DNA of 63,377 bases, the filler included, from Octopus bimaculoides (taxonomy: Eukaryota), in NCBI RefSeq assembly GCF_001194135.2. It is 5 parts of 4 records of this genome, joined end to end, with 100 filler letters (N's around TTAATTAATTAA, not from the genome) between each part and the next. Parts side by side here need not be neighbours in the genome. Positions count along the whole stretch, not along the records: positions 1 to 23,168 come from NC_068998.1; 4 more parts are not named here. One strand, written 5' to 3'. Positions 1-12,996 of the stretch are shown piece after piece. Within the stretch, counting starts at the first letter, position 1. Each line of letters opens with the position of its first letter. Under the pieces are notes generated by a model. The model worked only from the letters and a program-made list of their open reading frames with translations, made no database searches and was not told the origin of the DNA. A program made the position numbers and the translations under genes.

Positions 1-207
1 TTTGCCAACATAATGTGGCTGTCCTGGATGGAACGTTTGTTACTGTTGTTTAGCCCTAGGAAACATTGTTTCCAGTTGGCTATATGACACAATATCTGTG
101 TCCTTATATTTTCAAACAGGGAGTCCTGTTGGCAAATAGTCTTTACTTTAAAGAACTGTTACTGAATATCTCTCTTTGAGAGATTTAGAAGTAATAATGT
201 TTCTACT

Positions 208-245
<38 letters not shown>

Positions 246-285
246 AAAAAGAAACACACTCTAAAGCGTAGAACAGAAATGTATG

Positions 286-660
286 TATTTACATTATTTA
301 CATTTGACAGATAGTTGTCTTCATCTTGTTTGTTGTTAATACAATATTTCGGCTGATATACCCTCCAGCCTTCATCAGGCATATGGCATAATGGTTAAGA
401 GTGTAGGCTACTAACCCCAAGATTCCAAGTTCAATTCCAGGCAGTGACCTGAATAATAGTAATAATAATAATAATTATTATTATTATATTGAAAAATACC
501 ATAGGAATGAGAACCTAGATTCGAAATTTCCCCAAGACACCTGATGAAGGCTGGAAGGTATATCAGCCAAGACATTGTGTTAACAACAAACAAGATGAGG
601 ACAAATATCCGTCAAAGGTAAATAATGTAAATAATTCCTCATCTCTTAAATATAGAACTG
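286..660 (+). mobile_element. tRNA-head/(AAT)n/hammerhead SINE-like element, copy 1, with inverted 5' arm
   Basis: Inverted arm 286-379. A box TGGCATAATGG 384-394, B box GTTCAATTCC 429-438. AAT/ATT tract ~452-487. Tail has CTGATGA at 541-547 and stem GGCTG/CAGCC, but GAAACG has decayed to AAGACA. Homologous to 40455-40896 and 53335-54705. Confidence 0.85.
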
Positions 661-785
661 TATTAGGAATGTATTTATATGCAGTTAAATATTTGTCCCG
701 GTCATAGATTGACCAATAGTTTCACATCCTTAAAGTGCTTAGATTTATAGACAACTTATCAGACTCTAATGGTGGAGAGTAGAGA

Positions 786-906
786 CAAACAGACAGACAG
801 ACAGTTAGATAGATAGATAGATAGAGATAGATAGATATAGAGATAGATAGATAGATAGATAGATAAATAGAGATAGATAGATAGATGGATAGATAGATAG
901 ATAGAT
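786..906. repeat. (GACA)n/(GATA)n microsatellite
   Basis: Direct reading. Confidence 0.95.
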
Positions 907-2156
907 CATGTGCATGTTCATCTATATATGCTTGTGTTTATTTTGTTTTTGCTGGTGCTATATGGTGTGAGCATGATGATAAAGCAAGAATAATACCAGC
1001 CTATTCAATTTGGTCCATGTAAAAGTGCAACAGCAACAACAATAACAACAAAAACGACAGCAGCAACAGCTGAATTAGCTTGTTTGCTCATCCTTCATAT
1101 ATATGGGAAGAATCCAGAAATAATAATAGCAAAATAGCAGCAGCAGCAGCAGCAACAACAATAACAGCAACCGCTCGAAGACAAAGATACGAAAGATGGA
1201 AGTAAAACTATGACAATCTAAAGATGGGGGGGTGGGCCGTGCCACGCCCTTTGTCCGCTCTTCTTTCCTTCCTGTTCCAGTGACCTTAATGTCTGTTAGG
1301 AAAAGGAATTGATCACAGGTGGTGATTGGGTGGTGAAAAGCAAGGAAGTGTATCGAATTGGTTGGTCAGTGGAGTGGAGGAGGAGGAGGAGCAGGAATGG
1401 GGTGGGGGTGGGGGGAGATAAAGAAAGTGTTTATTGATTTATTGATCACTGATAGATTGTTGTGACAGCAATAATACTTTCTGGCACGTTTCTTTGCATC
1501 TCTCTCTTTTTCTCTCTGTGAAGATGCAGTTGATCATAGTAACAATTATGATGATGATGATGATGATTATGATGATGATTATGATCATTATTACGATCAT
1601 ATTCCTCATCATCATCACTATCGTCTGATCTTGACAAAAGTTAGAGTAACAATAAAGAAGGCTTTCGATTAATAGTTGCACAACAACAACAACAACAACA
1701 AAAAGCAATATGTGAACAAGATGCAGACAGAATGAATAAATTATTGAGAAAAATTAGCGCAATTAAAACAACATGCACTGTGAAAAAAAAACAAAAAAAC
1801 AATGCAACAGCAATAACAAAAATCAATTGTATTATTAGAAAAGAAGCATTGCAATATTAACATCAACAACAATAACACAGCTAGTAAATGTGGAAACTAT
1901 GAATACTCTCGTCATATAAGATGACATCAGCAACAATAAGAGTAACTCTGGTGTTAGCTGTTCCTATAACATCCACCAGTGAAAAGAACCTGCCACCGCT
2001 ACTTGCACATGAAACACCACCGCTGCTAATGCTATTACTAACAACGGCACTGAAGCTAACAGTCATAATCAGCAGCAAATAAAAATACCGTCTTGCTTGA
2101 AATAGCAATGAAATCTCCCTCAAATCACAACCTGCTATCTTCAGCAAAAATACATT

Positions 2157-2157
<1 letters not shown>

Positions 2158-2191
<34 letters not shown>

Positions 2192-2199
2192 TACATACA

Positions 2200-2273
<74 letters not shown>

Positions 2274-2283
2274 TATATATATA
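2158..2283. repeat. (TA)n microsatellite (one example of many TA, CA, GA, AAT and GATA tracts in the window)
   Basis: Direct reading; it produces the spurious IYIY ORFs. Confidence 0.95.
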
Positions 2284-2592
2284 TTGTGGCACTCCATCAG
2301 TTATGGTGATGAGGGTTCCAGGTGATGCGATCAGCGGAACAGCCTGCTAGTGAAATTAACGTGCAAGTGTGTTTGTTCAACTAAATCCCCTTAAATGGGT
2401 GCTCCGGCATGGTCACTGTCAACTGACTGAAGCAAGTAAAAGAATAAAAGAATATCCAGGCATTGAATGTTAGCCCTATTTCATTAAGGGATATTTAATG
2501 TTTTGCTCAAGAACACAACGCACTACCCAGTCCAGGAATAGAACTCATGATCTAGAGTGCAACACCTTAAGCACTAGCCCACGTGCCTTAAC

Positions 2593-2770
2593 TACAGAGA
2601 AATACTAACCACATATGTAGTTATAATAGTTAGCAATACAACTAGTACAGTGAAATACTGACAAGGTATGTGGATATGCTAGTTAGCAGTAGAACTAATA
2701 CAGAAAAATACTGACCATATAGTAGATATAATAGTCAGTAGTACAACTGGTATAGAAAAATACTGACCAT
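2593..2770. repeat. Degenerate ~52-bp minisatellite, ~3.4 copies
   Basis: TACAG(A/T)GAAATACT(A/G)AC...TAGT(T/C)AG(C/T)A(A/G)TA(C/G)AACT recurs about every 52 bp. Confidence 0.75.
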
Positions 2771-2774
2771 GCCA

Positions 2775-2960
2775 GGGGTACTGAAAAGTTCCTGGTTTTA
2801 AGGGTGTCAGAAAAGGTCTGTTTGTAGGTCAAACCGCTTGAGTTCTTTTATAGATCTCAGAGAAATTGAAGGGCTGCTGCAATAAGCGTGTGAATCTGAG
2901 AGGGAAAATGTTGAATAAAATTTTAATTAACTGCTCCTCCTAGGAACTTTTCAACACCTA
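2775..2960 (+). mobile_element. Internally deleted mariner-type element (MITE-like)
   Basis: Imperfect TIRs GGGGTACTGAAAAGTTCCT / AGGAACTTTTCAACACC. The interior resembles a mariner transposase C-terminus (CNKRVNLRG...). Confidence 0.6.
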
Positions 2961-3619
2961 CTTGTCTATGTAGATGTAGTAGCCAGGAGTGAAAATTGCA
3001 GTCAATACTAATTAAAAAACCATAGAGAAATATTCTCTTTTGTGTTATTTACTAATAATTTAGACATTTGATCAAATAACATTTCTTCTGATTATGTTTC
3101 ATATAACTTCATCACATATAGCTTCATTTGTTTGTTTTAAGCCAACACATATAAAGAAATGCTCAGGACCCACCTTCAGTAGCTCATGCTATTTGTTAGT
3201 TTAGTTAAGCCAATTACTCAAATTTTATATATGCACGGAAATTTATGAAATTTTAATGTTTTATTTTTTTTATTGACAACTGAAATTTTTTTAGCATCAT
3301 TTATTTACAGTTAATTATAATTCCATTACATTATGTGAAAAATATTTCAAGGGAGTGGGCATTTTTGTTACTGTTGCTGTAGTCAAAGTACTAATTGCTA
3401 TTGTTAATCATTTAATGTTAATGAATTTCCAGGTAATTTATTGTATTGCTTTTATTTGTTAATTTCTACTCAGTACATCATATCTTGATACCTTTCCCCT
3501 CTGCAGAAAATTATTTTAGTACCACCATCTATAATCAATTCTTTTTCCTAAGTCCCCTGTCTAACCTGATACAGAAAGATTTGACTGCTGTTTCTACTGA
3601 GTCAAGCAATTAAGTAGAG

Positions 3620-3764
3620 CAGGCATGGGTAATTTTCTTCAAGAAGCAAGCTGCATGAGGCATGACTCGTTATCAGGTGGACTGCACTACTAAAAAGTTC
3701 CGGGTGATTCTTCATTAGGCATACCATTCAGAAAGTCTTGTGGGTCACAGGCTGCCCGTTACTG
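3620..3764. mobile_element. hAT-type (Charlie/Buster-like) MITE
   Basis: Ends CAGGCATGGG / GCCCGTTACTG. 8-bp target duplication AAGTAGAG (3612-3619) / ATGTAGAG (3765-3772), 7 of 8 matching. Confidence 0.65.
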
Positions 3765-4507
3765 ATGTAGAGAAATTATGATGAACATCTTTAGAACCAG
3801 TAAGAACTTGTTGCAGGTGTGGAATCTGTTCTGAGGAAAATATTAAATCTTTAATGTTACAAATTCATAGATATGAAACTTGTATTAAATATTAAAACCC
3901 TTCTTCATTTCTTATTTGGGATTTTAGAGATTTCCTCAATGGGCAATTTCAAATTTGAATGTAGGGGAAATTTTACTCATGAGCAAAGAGTACTCTTACC
4001 ATTCATGATACAGTGTTTCAAATATTGGTATGTTTCATAAATGGTTAGGTGATTGCACCAAAAGTTGGTTGATTACAAGCTAATTAATAATTTCACTATA
4101 TGTTAAATATAACCTTAAGTAAATAGTAAATTTTAGGTTTTGTTGATTAAGAAAAATAAGTTATAATTTTAACAGAAGGTATGAAGTCACATCAATGGCT
4201 TTCCATAATGGAATAAATAAGTAACTGAGTTAAAGTGAAACTGTTTCAACTCAGAATAGAAAGTGCATCTCAAACTTGACAGTTTGTGAGGTTTTTCTTG
4301 TTCTACAAGATTTTCTGGAGTTTTGTTCCATGCAGGATGTTATAATATTAGTTATTTTATTCCAATTATTACAACAATAACTCATTAGGGAAAAAAAACA
4401 CTTAACTCTTAACCTATCTCAGAATTTTATGTTGGTTTAAGAAATTATGATTTCTTAATGTGTTGTGAAATATTTTTACATTTGTTTCTTTTTTCTTCTA
4501 ATTTTAG

Positions 4508-4568
4508 GTAAGTCTGAAAACCCACTCGTTTTACTTTGTCTTCATTGTAATTCATTAAAAGACCAAGG
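4508..4568 (+). CDS. Candidate 61-nt internal coding exon (GKSENPLVLLCLHCNSLKDQG)
   Basis: Pyrimidine-rich acceptor TTTTTTCTTCTAATTTTAG, donor GG|GTAAGT, only one frame open. No homology recognised. Confidence 0.3.
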
Positions 4569-5067
4569 GTAAGTGTTTGTTACATATCTCTCAGTCAACA
4601 GCTTCCCCAGGCTTTTATCATCACGTCTCATTTTCGCATGTCAAAAGATTCCAATGACCCTTTTTTTAAGTACATAAATCAAAAAAAAAAAAAAAAAAAA
4701 TTTTCCTAAGATCTATACATTAATATTTCGTACTTTCCTTGAGGAAATATTCCTGAGATTTTGTAAACAGTGATTGTTGTGTTGTAACTATCAAAGCACT
4801 CTGTAGCTTATTTTATAACATAATAAAAACAAATGTTTTACAAATAAGTCACAAAGGAGAAACTCTGTTGTGTCCCAGTGCAACAATTTACCATCAGTCA
4901 CTCACTGCTTACTGCAATGCTCCATGTGGTCACATAACAGGCTACTGTTTTACTGTATGTTGCACTCCTAAAGATTTGGCAGCCTGTATGTGGTTGCATA
5001 AACCTGCTAGAAATTGTAGCCACACATCCTTCAAATGATAGCATACCCTTTTGAAAAAGGTAGTTTC

Positions 5068-5380
5068 TTTTAAAGCCTGGTACTTATTCTATGGGTCACT
5101 TTTTCCCAACTTCTAAATTACAAGAGGCTTAAACAAACCAACAGCAATTGTCAAGCTGTGCTGGAGGACAAGCAGAAACACACACATATATATATTTGTG
5201 TGTGTGTGTGTGTGTGTGTGATGGCCTTCTTTCAGCTTCCCTCTATCAAATCCATTCACAAGGATTTGGTCAGCTCAGTGCTATAGTAGAAGACGCTTGC
5301 CCAAAGTACTACGCAGAGAGTTTGAACCCAAGGCTACATGGTTGGGGAAACAAGCTTTTCAACCATACAGCAACCCATTT
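5068..5380 (-). mobile_element. tRNA-derived SINE family 1 (internal TA/TG tract)
   Basis: Homologous to 7879-8292; carries the CTT(G)GGCAAG core motif. Confidence 0.8.
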
Positions 5381-6247
5381 GCCTTTAATCTAATAGAAAC
5401 AAAAGTTTTTTAGAATTGCTAAAGACGACTTGTAGTGAAAGTTATTTTTCCTTTCAGAGACCAAAACATTTTTTTGAGATTTTTTCTTTCATTCTGCTAT
5501 GTTCCACAAGATGAAAATATTAAAAAAATGTCTTTTATTTCAATGAAATATAAAAATAGAAACAAGATGGTAAAATGAAATAGAGATTTCATTGAAAAGT
5601 GGACAATGTTAGGGATTCATTCATGTCTTTTGCAAAGAATATACTACTTAAGGGAAACAATTGCAAGCAGAAGTTTCAGAAATTGAAATTAAGCTATGGA
5701 TATAAATCCTTTTCTAGCAAAATATTCTACTACCATCTTGGGGATTAAAGTCATAATATGATAAGAGAACACTGCAACAATAGATTAAAGAACATATTAG
5801 CAATTCTCGTTTCTGAAATAAATTCAGAAAAGACAAATACAATGACAACCACAACAATATTATTATTTTTATTATCATTATTATTATTATTATTATTATT
5901 ATAGAAATAAAGTGTCCAGTAGAACTGTTGCAAACAGTTTACTTACTTGGCATGACCAGAATATGAGGAAGAGAACTACTACAATTGAGTAGTAGTAGTA
6001 GTAGTAGGAGGAGGAGGAGGAGGAGGCAGCAGCAGCAGCAACAGCTATTTCTAATTCAGACACCAGGCTAGCTGGTTTGAGGGAAGAATGTTCTTACATT
6101 ATCTTATGAATCCTGAAGGCTTGAAATGTCAACTTAGCTTTTCAACCCCTGTTAATAAAACTAAAAGCAATCCAGGTACTGGGGTCAGTTTCATTGACTA
6201 GTTCACTCCTCTCAAAAATTGCTGGCCTTGTGCTTAAATTAGAAGCA

Positions 6248-6285
<38 letters not shown>

Positions 6286-7878
6286 CATTATTATTATTAT
6301 TATTTATGGTTTCTTTTCATTATAACTTTATCTCAGCTGCCTTTGTACCAGGCATCCCCTGGAGGCCAAGAGTAGCAAGGGCACTTTTGTTTTGCTATGT
6401 ATGCTAAAATTATCACCACATTTATTCCATTTTAGAGGGAGAGTGCTTTCCCTAGTATATGGGAAAAGATAACTATCAAGGTTATCTTTTGTAGTTCACA
6501 GAGATTGGAGTTACCAGGGAGTTGCTTAATATACTTCTCAGCTCCCTTTTTTTATCATACCCAACTCACCAATTACTACTGGTATTATCGTAGTACTAAG
6601 CATCTACATTTTTGTGATTTCAATTTGCAGATCTTGATAGTGAGAAAGCTTTTCGAATTCCTTTCTTGAGATATTTTTATACACCATTTGAACATTCGTG
6701 TGAACTACAGCTCCTTAACTCTCAGTATTCTTCTTAACCTTCAACATCCTTGTTAACTTTAAATAGCTCTACTCACCTTTTGTATTGAACATTTTTGTTA
6801 ATCTTGACATGCTTGTTAGCTACAAACGTTTTCATTAACCTTGAATATCCTTGTTAACTTTACACATCTTTATTCATGATCTCTAAGATGTACTGAATGC
6901 TTGTTCTAAGAAAGGAAACTCTACATGCACTTCTCAAACCATGAATAGTAAAGATAAGCATAAAATTGAAATAACAAAAGAAATAGTCAGAAAAGAAAAA
7001 AAATGACAAATTCATTTCCATTCGAAATAACGAAGTTTCTTCCATGTACGGTTTTTTTTTTTNNNNNNNNNNNNNNNNNNNNNNNNNNNNNNNNNNNNNN
7101 NNNNNNNNNNNNNNNNNNNNNNNNNNNNNNNNNNNNNNNNNNNNNNNNNNNNNNNNNNNNNNNNNNNNNNNNNNNNNNNNNNNNNNNNNNNNNNNNNNNN
7201 NNNNNNNNNNNNNNNNNNNNNNNNNNNNNNNNNNNNNNNNNNNNNNNNNNNNNNNNNNNNNNNNNNNNNNNNNNNNNNNNNNNNNNNNNNNNNNNNNNNN
7301 NNNNNNNNNNNNNNNNNNNNNNNNNNNNNNNNNNNNNNNNNNNNNNNNNNNNNNNNNNNNNNNNNNNNNNNNNNNNNNNNNNNNNNNNNNNNNNNNNNNN
7401 NNNNNNNNNNNNNNNNNNNNNNNNNNNNNNNNNNNNNNNNNNNNNNNNNNNNNNNNNNNNNNNNNNNNNNNNNNNNNNNNNNNNNNNNNNNNNNNNNNNN
7501 NNNNNNNNNNNNNNNNNNNNNNNNNNNNNNNNNNNNNNNNNNNNNNNNNNNNNNNNNNNNNNNNNNNNNNNNNNNNNNNNNNNNNNNNNNNNNNNNNNNN
7601 NNNNNNNNNNNNNNNNNNNNNNAAAAAAAAAAAAAAAAAGAAAAATCGCAACATTCCAGAAAGTTCTTCTGAAATAATGTAAAATAGCTTTACTTTTGAA
7701 ACAAAGTACCAACACAAGCAAGAGTTTATATTAGAGAAATTACAATTGTGAGATTGGATAGCATTTGACCCCATATTCCATGCCTCATCCTTGAAATTTA
7801 AATTTTGAATTCAAATGTATCAAATTTGCTTTACTCATTCTGGAATTACAAGATAAAGTACGAATACCAAGTCAAGTA

Positions 7879-8096
7879 CTCTTTTACTTGTTTCAGTCAT
7901 TTGACTGCAGCCATGCTGGAGCACCGCCTTTAGTCGAGCAAATCGACCCCAGGACTTATTCTTTTTGTAAGCCTAGTACTTATTCTATAGGCCTCTTTTT
8001 GCCGAACCACTAAGTTAAGGGGACATAAACACACCAGCATCAGTTGTCAAGCGATGGTGGGGGGACAAATACAGACACACAAACACACATACATAT

Positions 8097-8129
<33 letters not shown>

Positions 8130-8292
8130 CATATAAAGACGGGCTTCTTTCAGTTTCTGTCTACCAAATCCACTCACAAGGCTTTGGTCGGCCCGAGGCT
8201 GTAGTAGAAGACACTTGCCCAAGGTGCCACGCAGTGGGACTGAACCAGGAACCATGTGGTTGGTAAGCAAGCTACTTACCACACAGCCACTC
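7879..8292 (-). mobile_element. tRNA-derived SINE family 1, near full length
   Basis: Head GAGTGGCTGTGTGGTAAG...GGTTCAGTCCC, core GGCACCTTGGGCAAGTGTC, internal microsatellite, tail GGTGCTCCAGCATGGC...GAAACAAGTAAAAGAG. Confidence 0.9.
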
Positions 8293-8420
8293 AAGTTGAT
8301 ATATATTCCTCTAACAGAGCCTAGAATGGAAAACTTATTTATAATGTTTTCACTTTTCATTTCTCCAATTTTTGACCATCCTTATTTAATACAGAAATAT
8401 TTGATCAAATAATACTCCCT

Positions 8421-8615
8421 TCTAATATAGGCACAAGGCTTGAAATTTTGAGGGAGAGGGCAGTTGATTGCATTGATCCCAGCATTCAACTGGTACTTAT
8501 TTTATTGAAAAGCAAATTCAGCCACAGCAGAATTTGAACTCTGAACATAAAAACGGACAAATTGCAACTAAGCATTTTACCCAGCATGTTAATGGTTCTG
8601 CCCTTTCACTACCAT
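8421..8615 (-). mobile_element. tRNA-derived SINE family 2 (related fragments at ~6085-6250, 16410-16580, 21480-21630)
   Basis: Recurrent GGCACAAGGC...CAACTGGTACTTATTT...GAATTTGAACTC motif. Confidence 0.7.
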
Positions 8616-8768
8616 TATTTAATCAAGTAATAATACATGCAAGTTGTTCCTCATCATCCACTACTTACTTTCTATGAAAATCCAATCCTTATTCTCCAAA
8701 AGCAATGAACCTCTGGAACATCTCTTTGCAAACATTTTCCTCTAGTTCAGATGTTTCCAACTGAAATT

Positions 8769-8995
8769 GTGTGTGTATATGTTTGTGTGTCTGTGTTTGC
8801 CCCCCACCCCGCCCAACATTGCTTGACAACCGATGCTGGTGTGTTTACGTCCCCGTAACTTAGCAGTTCGGCAAAAGCAACCGATAGAATAAGTACTAGG
8901 CTTACAAAGAATAAGTCCTGGGGTCGATTTGCTTGATTAAAGGCGGTGCTCCAGCATGGCCACAGTCAAATGACTGAAACAAGTAAAAGAGAGTA
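8769..8995 (+). mobile_element. SINE family 1, 3' module
   Basis: Reverse complement of 7879-8090. Confidence 0.85.
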
Positions 8996-9988
8996 AAAAA
9001 TATATTCTTTAGTTGTAGATCTTAAGCATGATTATGTTTTATTTTACAACACTTCACATTTACCAACTATTTCAAAAGTAAAAGTATTTTTCATCACAAC
9101 CTTTCTAAACTTCTAACATGACCTATTTTGGAGTCATGATCCATAACTTTGTGATCTGATTTTGTTAAAGGATTTGCAGTGAACAGAGCTGATGTTGACA
9201 TCACTCTTAAGCCTTTTAAGATTCAGTCTATTCTGTCTAATGTAATGATTATATGGTTATTTATTCGTTGTTTTGAATCAATCATGTACTATCTCATAGC
9301 TTTGAGATTTCGATGATGTGATTGTTTATTTTTTTAAATGACATTGTAAGTTAGGTGTGAGAGGTCAGATCTGGCTGGTTTGAACGTAAAACAGGTAGAA
9401 TATTTCGGCTACATATGGCCTGTTCAAATGTTAATGCATTAAATACACATTAGCACATCCCTACTTTGTTGACAACATATAAAGACTGTGTAAACATGAT
9501 GTTTACAATCAAGTAACTTTAAATAACTTACACTTAATGGTTATAAACTCCAAGTGTTTACAAGAAAATAAGATTCAGTGTAAACAATGTTGTTTGGTGA
9601 AATAAACTCATGATGTTGACCACAGGGAAGGTTCTGGAAGAAACAGTGAAATTATTTTACTTTTCTTCAATTATTTCTAGTTAGAAATAAAATCAAAAAT
9701 TCAAGTTTTAAATTTTAAGACAGAAAAAAAAATAATAATGAAGCAATGAAAATAAAATAAAACTAATTTGAAGTAGTTTATTTAATTGTATTTAAATTTT
9801 ATTATTTAAATTTTATTATTTAAATTTTATTCTATGTTCCCTCTTTTTCAAAAAGTGGTCGTATTTTGTGGTAGAAACATGATAATACAATTTGAACAAC
9901 AACATGCAGCAATAACAACAGCAACAACATAAAAAAAAACATGTGAAACAAAGACAATAACTATGATATCATCATCATCACCAGCAGC

Positions 9989-10024
<36 letters not shown>

Positions 10025-10256
10025 TGTAGTAGTAGTAGTAGTAGTAGTATAAGAAGAAGAAAAATATCAGCCATATCACTAACATGGGTGACTAGCAGTA
10101 GCAACAACAATGACAATGACAAAAATAATAACAAAATATGCAAATAAAATCTCAGACAGCAACGATGATAACAAGTATAAGAATAGCCATTTCTGCTAAC
10201 TTGTTGCTGTATGTATTTGGTAGAATAAATTAATTTTAATGAGACACATTGGTTTG

Positions 10257-10298
<42 letters not shown>

Positions 10299-10895
10299 GA
10301 GAAACGGTGGTGTGACAAAGAGTAAAAGATAGAGAAAGGTAGGCTGTGTAATGAGTTCAATTAACTCCTGTTTATTATTGGTATTTGAGTTATGAAACCA
10401 ATAACCAATGAAGGATTGATAATATCCAATACTGGTGAGTTTGAAAAATGTTGAATAAATCCAGTTATCATAAACAACTGAAAGCTAAGAATTCAGATTG
10501 CCATCTTTGAACAGAAAGTAGTAGACAATGGTAAAGTGGTTGGTCTGGCAGGTGCTGCCAATCTAGACATTCTGCAGATTCTACCCTGGCACCTCTGGCT
10601 AGTTTAGCAACTTGAATTACAGATTTAGATGTGATTTGAACCCAAAACTAAAAGAATGGCACGGAAATACTTCACTGCTTTCCTGCCCCTATTTCTGTTG
10701 TAATGCACACTGCCTATATCTNNNNNNNNNNNNNNNNNNNNNNNNNNNNNNNNNNNNNNNNNNNNNNNNNNNNNNNNNNNNNNNNNNNNNNNNNNNNNNN
10801 NNNNNNNNNNNNNNNNNNNNNNNNNNNNNNNNNNNNNNNNNNNNNNNNNNNNNNNNNNNNNNNNNNNNNNNNNNNNNNNNNNNNNNNNNNNNNNN

Positions 10896-10946
<51 letters not shown>

Positions 10947-11059
10947 GAGGACTGAGACTCCTGGCAGCTTGCTGTGCTTGAAAAGACATGACTATATAAG
11001 TAGAAGTGTGGTTGTCCTTGGATACAGGCTGCCCCTTACATCCCTCTCCAGCTGAGTAT

Positions 11060-11325
11060 TCCTAACCTTGCAAGTTCATGGGTGCCAGTGCCATGTGAAA
11101 AACACCCATACCAGTTCCAAGTAAACACACCCATGCCAGTGCTGCATAAGAGCACCCTGTACATTCTGTAAAGTGGTTGGTATTAGGAAGGGCATCCAGC
11201 CGTAAAAACCATGCCAAAACAGATACGAAGCCTAGGCAACTCCACAACTGGCCAGCTCCGGTCAAGCCATCCAACCCATGCCAGCATGGAAAATGGGCAG
11301 GAAATGATGCTGATGATGATGATGT
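11060..11325 (+). mobile_element. SINE/LINE-tail repeat ending in (GAT)n (RTE/Expander-like 3' end)
   Basis: GTGGTTGGTATTAGGAAGGGCATCCAGC...CCATGCCAGCATGGAAA...(GAT)n. Confidence 0.75.
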
Positions 11326-11904
11326 GTAGCAATGAATATTTGTATTATTGAAAATAATAATCAATAATTTTGATGTAAATTAACTAAGTTTTGCTACTGT
11401 TTATTTATCTAGTCTTTAGGACGACATAAGGTTTTAATTTAAATGCAAACACATTGAAACAGGCATGAATTTTTGTATGATTGATTGCATCACAGATCAG
11501 ACTTAGTTGAGTTTATATCAGAGAAGTAGATGGGAGTAATCTAATGGGTTAACTGAATGTTCTTCACTAGTCTAAGAAATCCTACAATAACTATGAACAC
11601 TGTTCCTTCACTCTGAACCAAAATACATAAACATTAACATTAACACAGAAAAACAGAAAATAATAATAGACTGTTCTGATTAAAGAAGATATAGTATTTA
11701 TCAACCTTCAAAATATGTGCTAAATATTTCATTTAATAAATGTAAATGTTTGACTCCATATTGCTAATATCAAAACGCACCATTTTCTTTAGCTTGTTTT
11801 GACTATTAAAGATAATATAAAGCTGAAGGAAGATTTTGCATCTCAATTCAATAATCAAAAAGATTAATGAGTTCAGTAAAATAATTTTTACTAAAACCTG
11901 GTAG

Positions 11905-12108
11905 TTAAATCATCATCATTTTCCATGTTAGTTTCCATGGATGGTTTGACAGGAGCCGACCAGCTGAAGGGCTGTTCAGGATCTCTGTCTGTTTTGGCTT
12001 GGCTTCTATAGCTGGATGTCCTTCCTAATACTAACCACTTTACAGAGTGTACTGGGTGGTGTTATGCAGCACCAGCATGGGTGCTATTTACATGGTGCCA
12101 ACTGGATT
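11905..12108 (-). mobile_element. Same RTE-tail repeat, opposite strand
   Basis: Reverse complement of 11060-11325. Confidence 0.7.
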
Positions 12109-12384
12109 AGAGATACTCAGCTGGGGAGGATTGCAAGGTAGGAGCCTGTATGGCAACCACACTGGTAGTTAAATTATGACTTAAGAAAATCATCTTAGAT
12201 GACATACTATAAGGTTTTAGTCAAATATGAACACTTTCAGTAAAACAGAATTTTCAAAGAACCAGAGAAATAGATCTCAGCAGGGTTTTTGTATCATGAG
12301 CCAGTGTTGTGGATCTTAGGATCTGTTGTATGAAAAAGAGAACTGGATCTCATGAAGTCTTGTATAAAAAAAAAATTAACATAC

Positions 12385-12996
12385 GGAAAAATGCTGATGG
12401 CACGTAAAAAGCACCCAGAACATTCTGTTAAGTGGTTGGTGCTAGAAAGGGCATCCAGCCATAGAAACCATGCCACAACAGACGACTGGAGTCTGGACAG
12501 CTCTCTGCTAGTCAGCTCCATGTCAAATCAGCCAATCCTTGCCAGCATGGATGGTGGAAATTGTCGTCTCCTTCATTGGACACGTAACTTGGCTTGCAAA
12601 GACTTGTTGGGGCAAGTGAAAGTGAAACCGTGATGGCACCTGTGCCCAGCGCCGCCTTCCTGGCACTTGTGCTGGTGGCACGTGTAAAGACATTTGAGCG
12701 AGATCATTGCCAGTGCTGCTGGACTGGCTCCTGTGCAGGTGGCAAGTAAAATACACCATTTTGACCATAGCCGTTGCCAGTACCGCCTGACTGGCCTTCG
12801 TGCCAGTGGCACATAAAAGCACCCACTACACTCTCGGAGTGGTTGGCGTTAGGAAGGGCATCCAGCTGTAGAAACTCTGCCAGATCAGATTGGAGCCTGG
12901 TGTAACCATCTGGTTTCACCAGTCCTCAGTCAAATCGTCCAACCCATGCTAGCATGGGAAGCGGACGTTAAACGATGATGATGATGATGATGATGA
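12385..12996 (+). mobile_element. Two adjacent RTE-tail repeats; the second (12563-12996) is longer and younger
   Basis: AGGAAGGGCATCCAGC occurs twice; the second copy retains CpGs and ends in (GAT)n. Confidence 0.8.

Noticed and set aside
386-450. tRNA-like heads as functional tRNA genes
   Set aside because: No complete acceptor stem or anticodon arm; embedded in repeats, so treated as SINE heads
1881-2350. IYIY, HTHT, CVCV and LSIY ORFs here and elsewhere
   Set aside because: Translations of di- and tetranucleotide microsatellites
2593-2770. Regular spaced repeats as a CRISPR-like array
   Set aside because: Degenerate tandem units with no unique spacers, in a eukaryotic context
7063-7622. 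Long ORFs containing X runs throughout the ORF track
   Set aside because: They are open only because N gaps contain no stop codons
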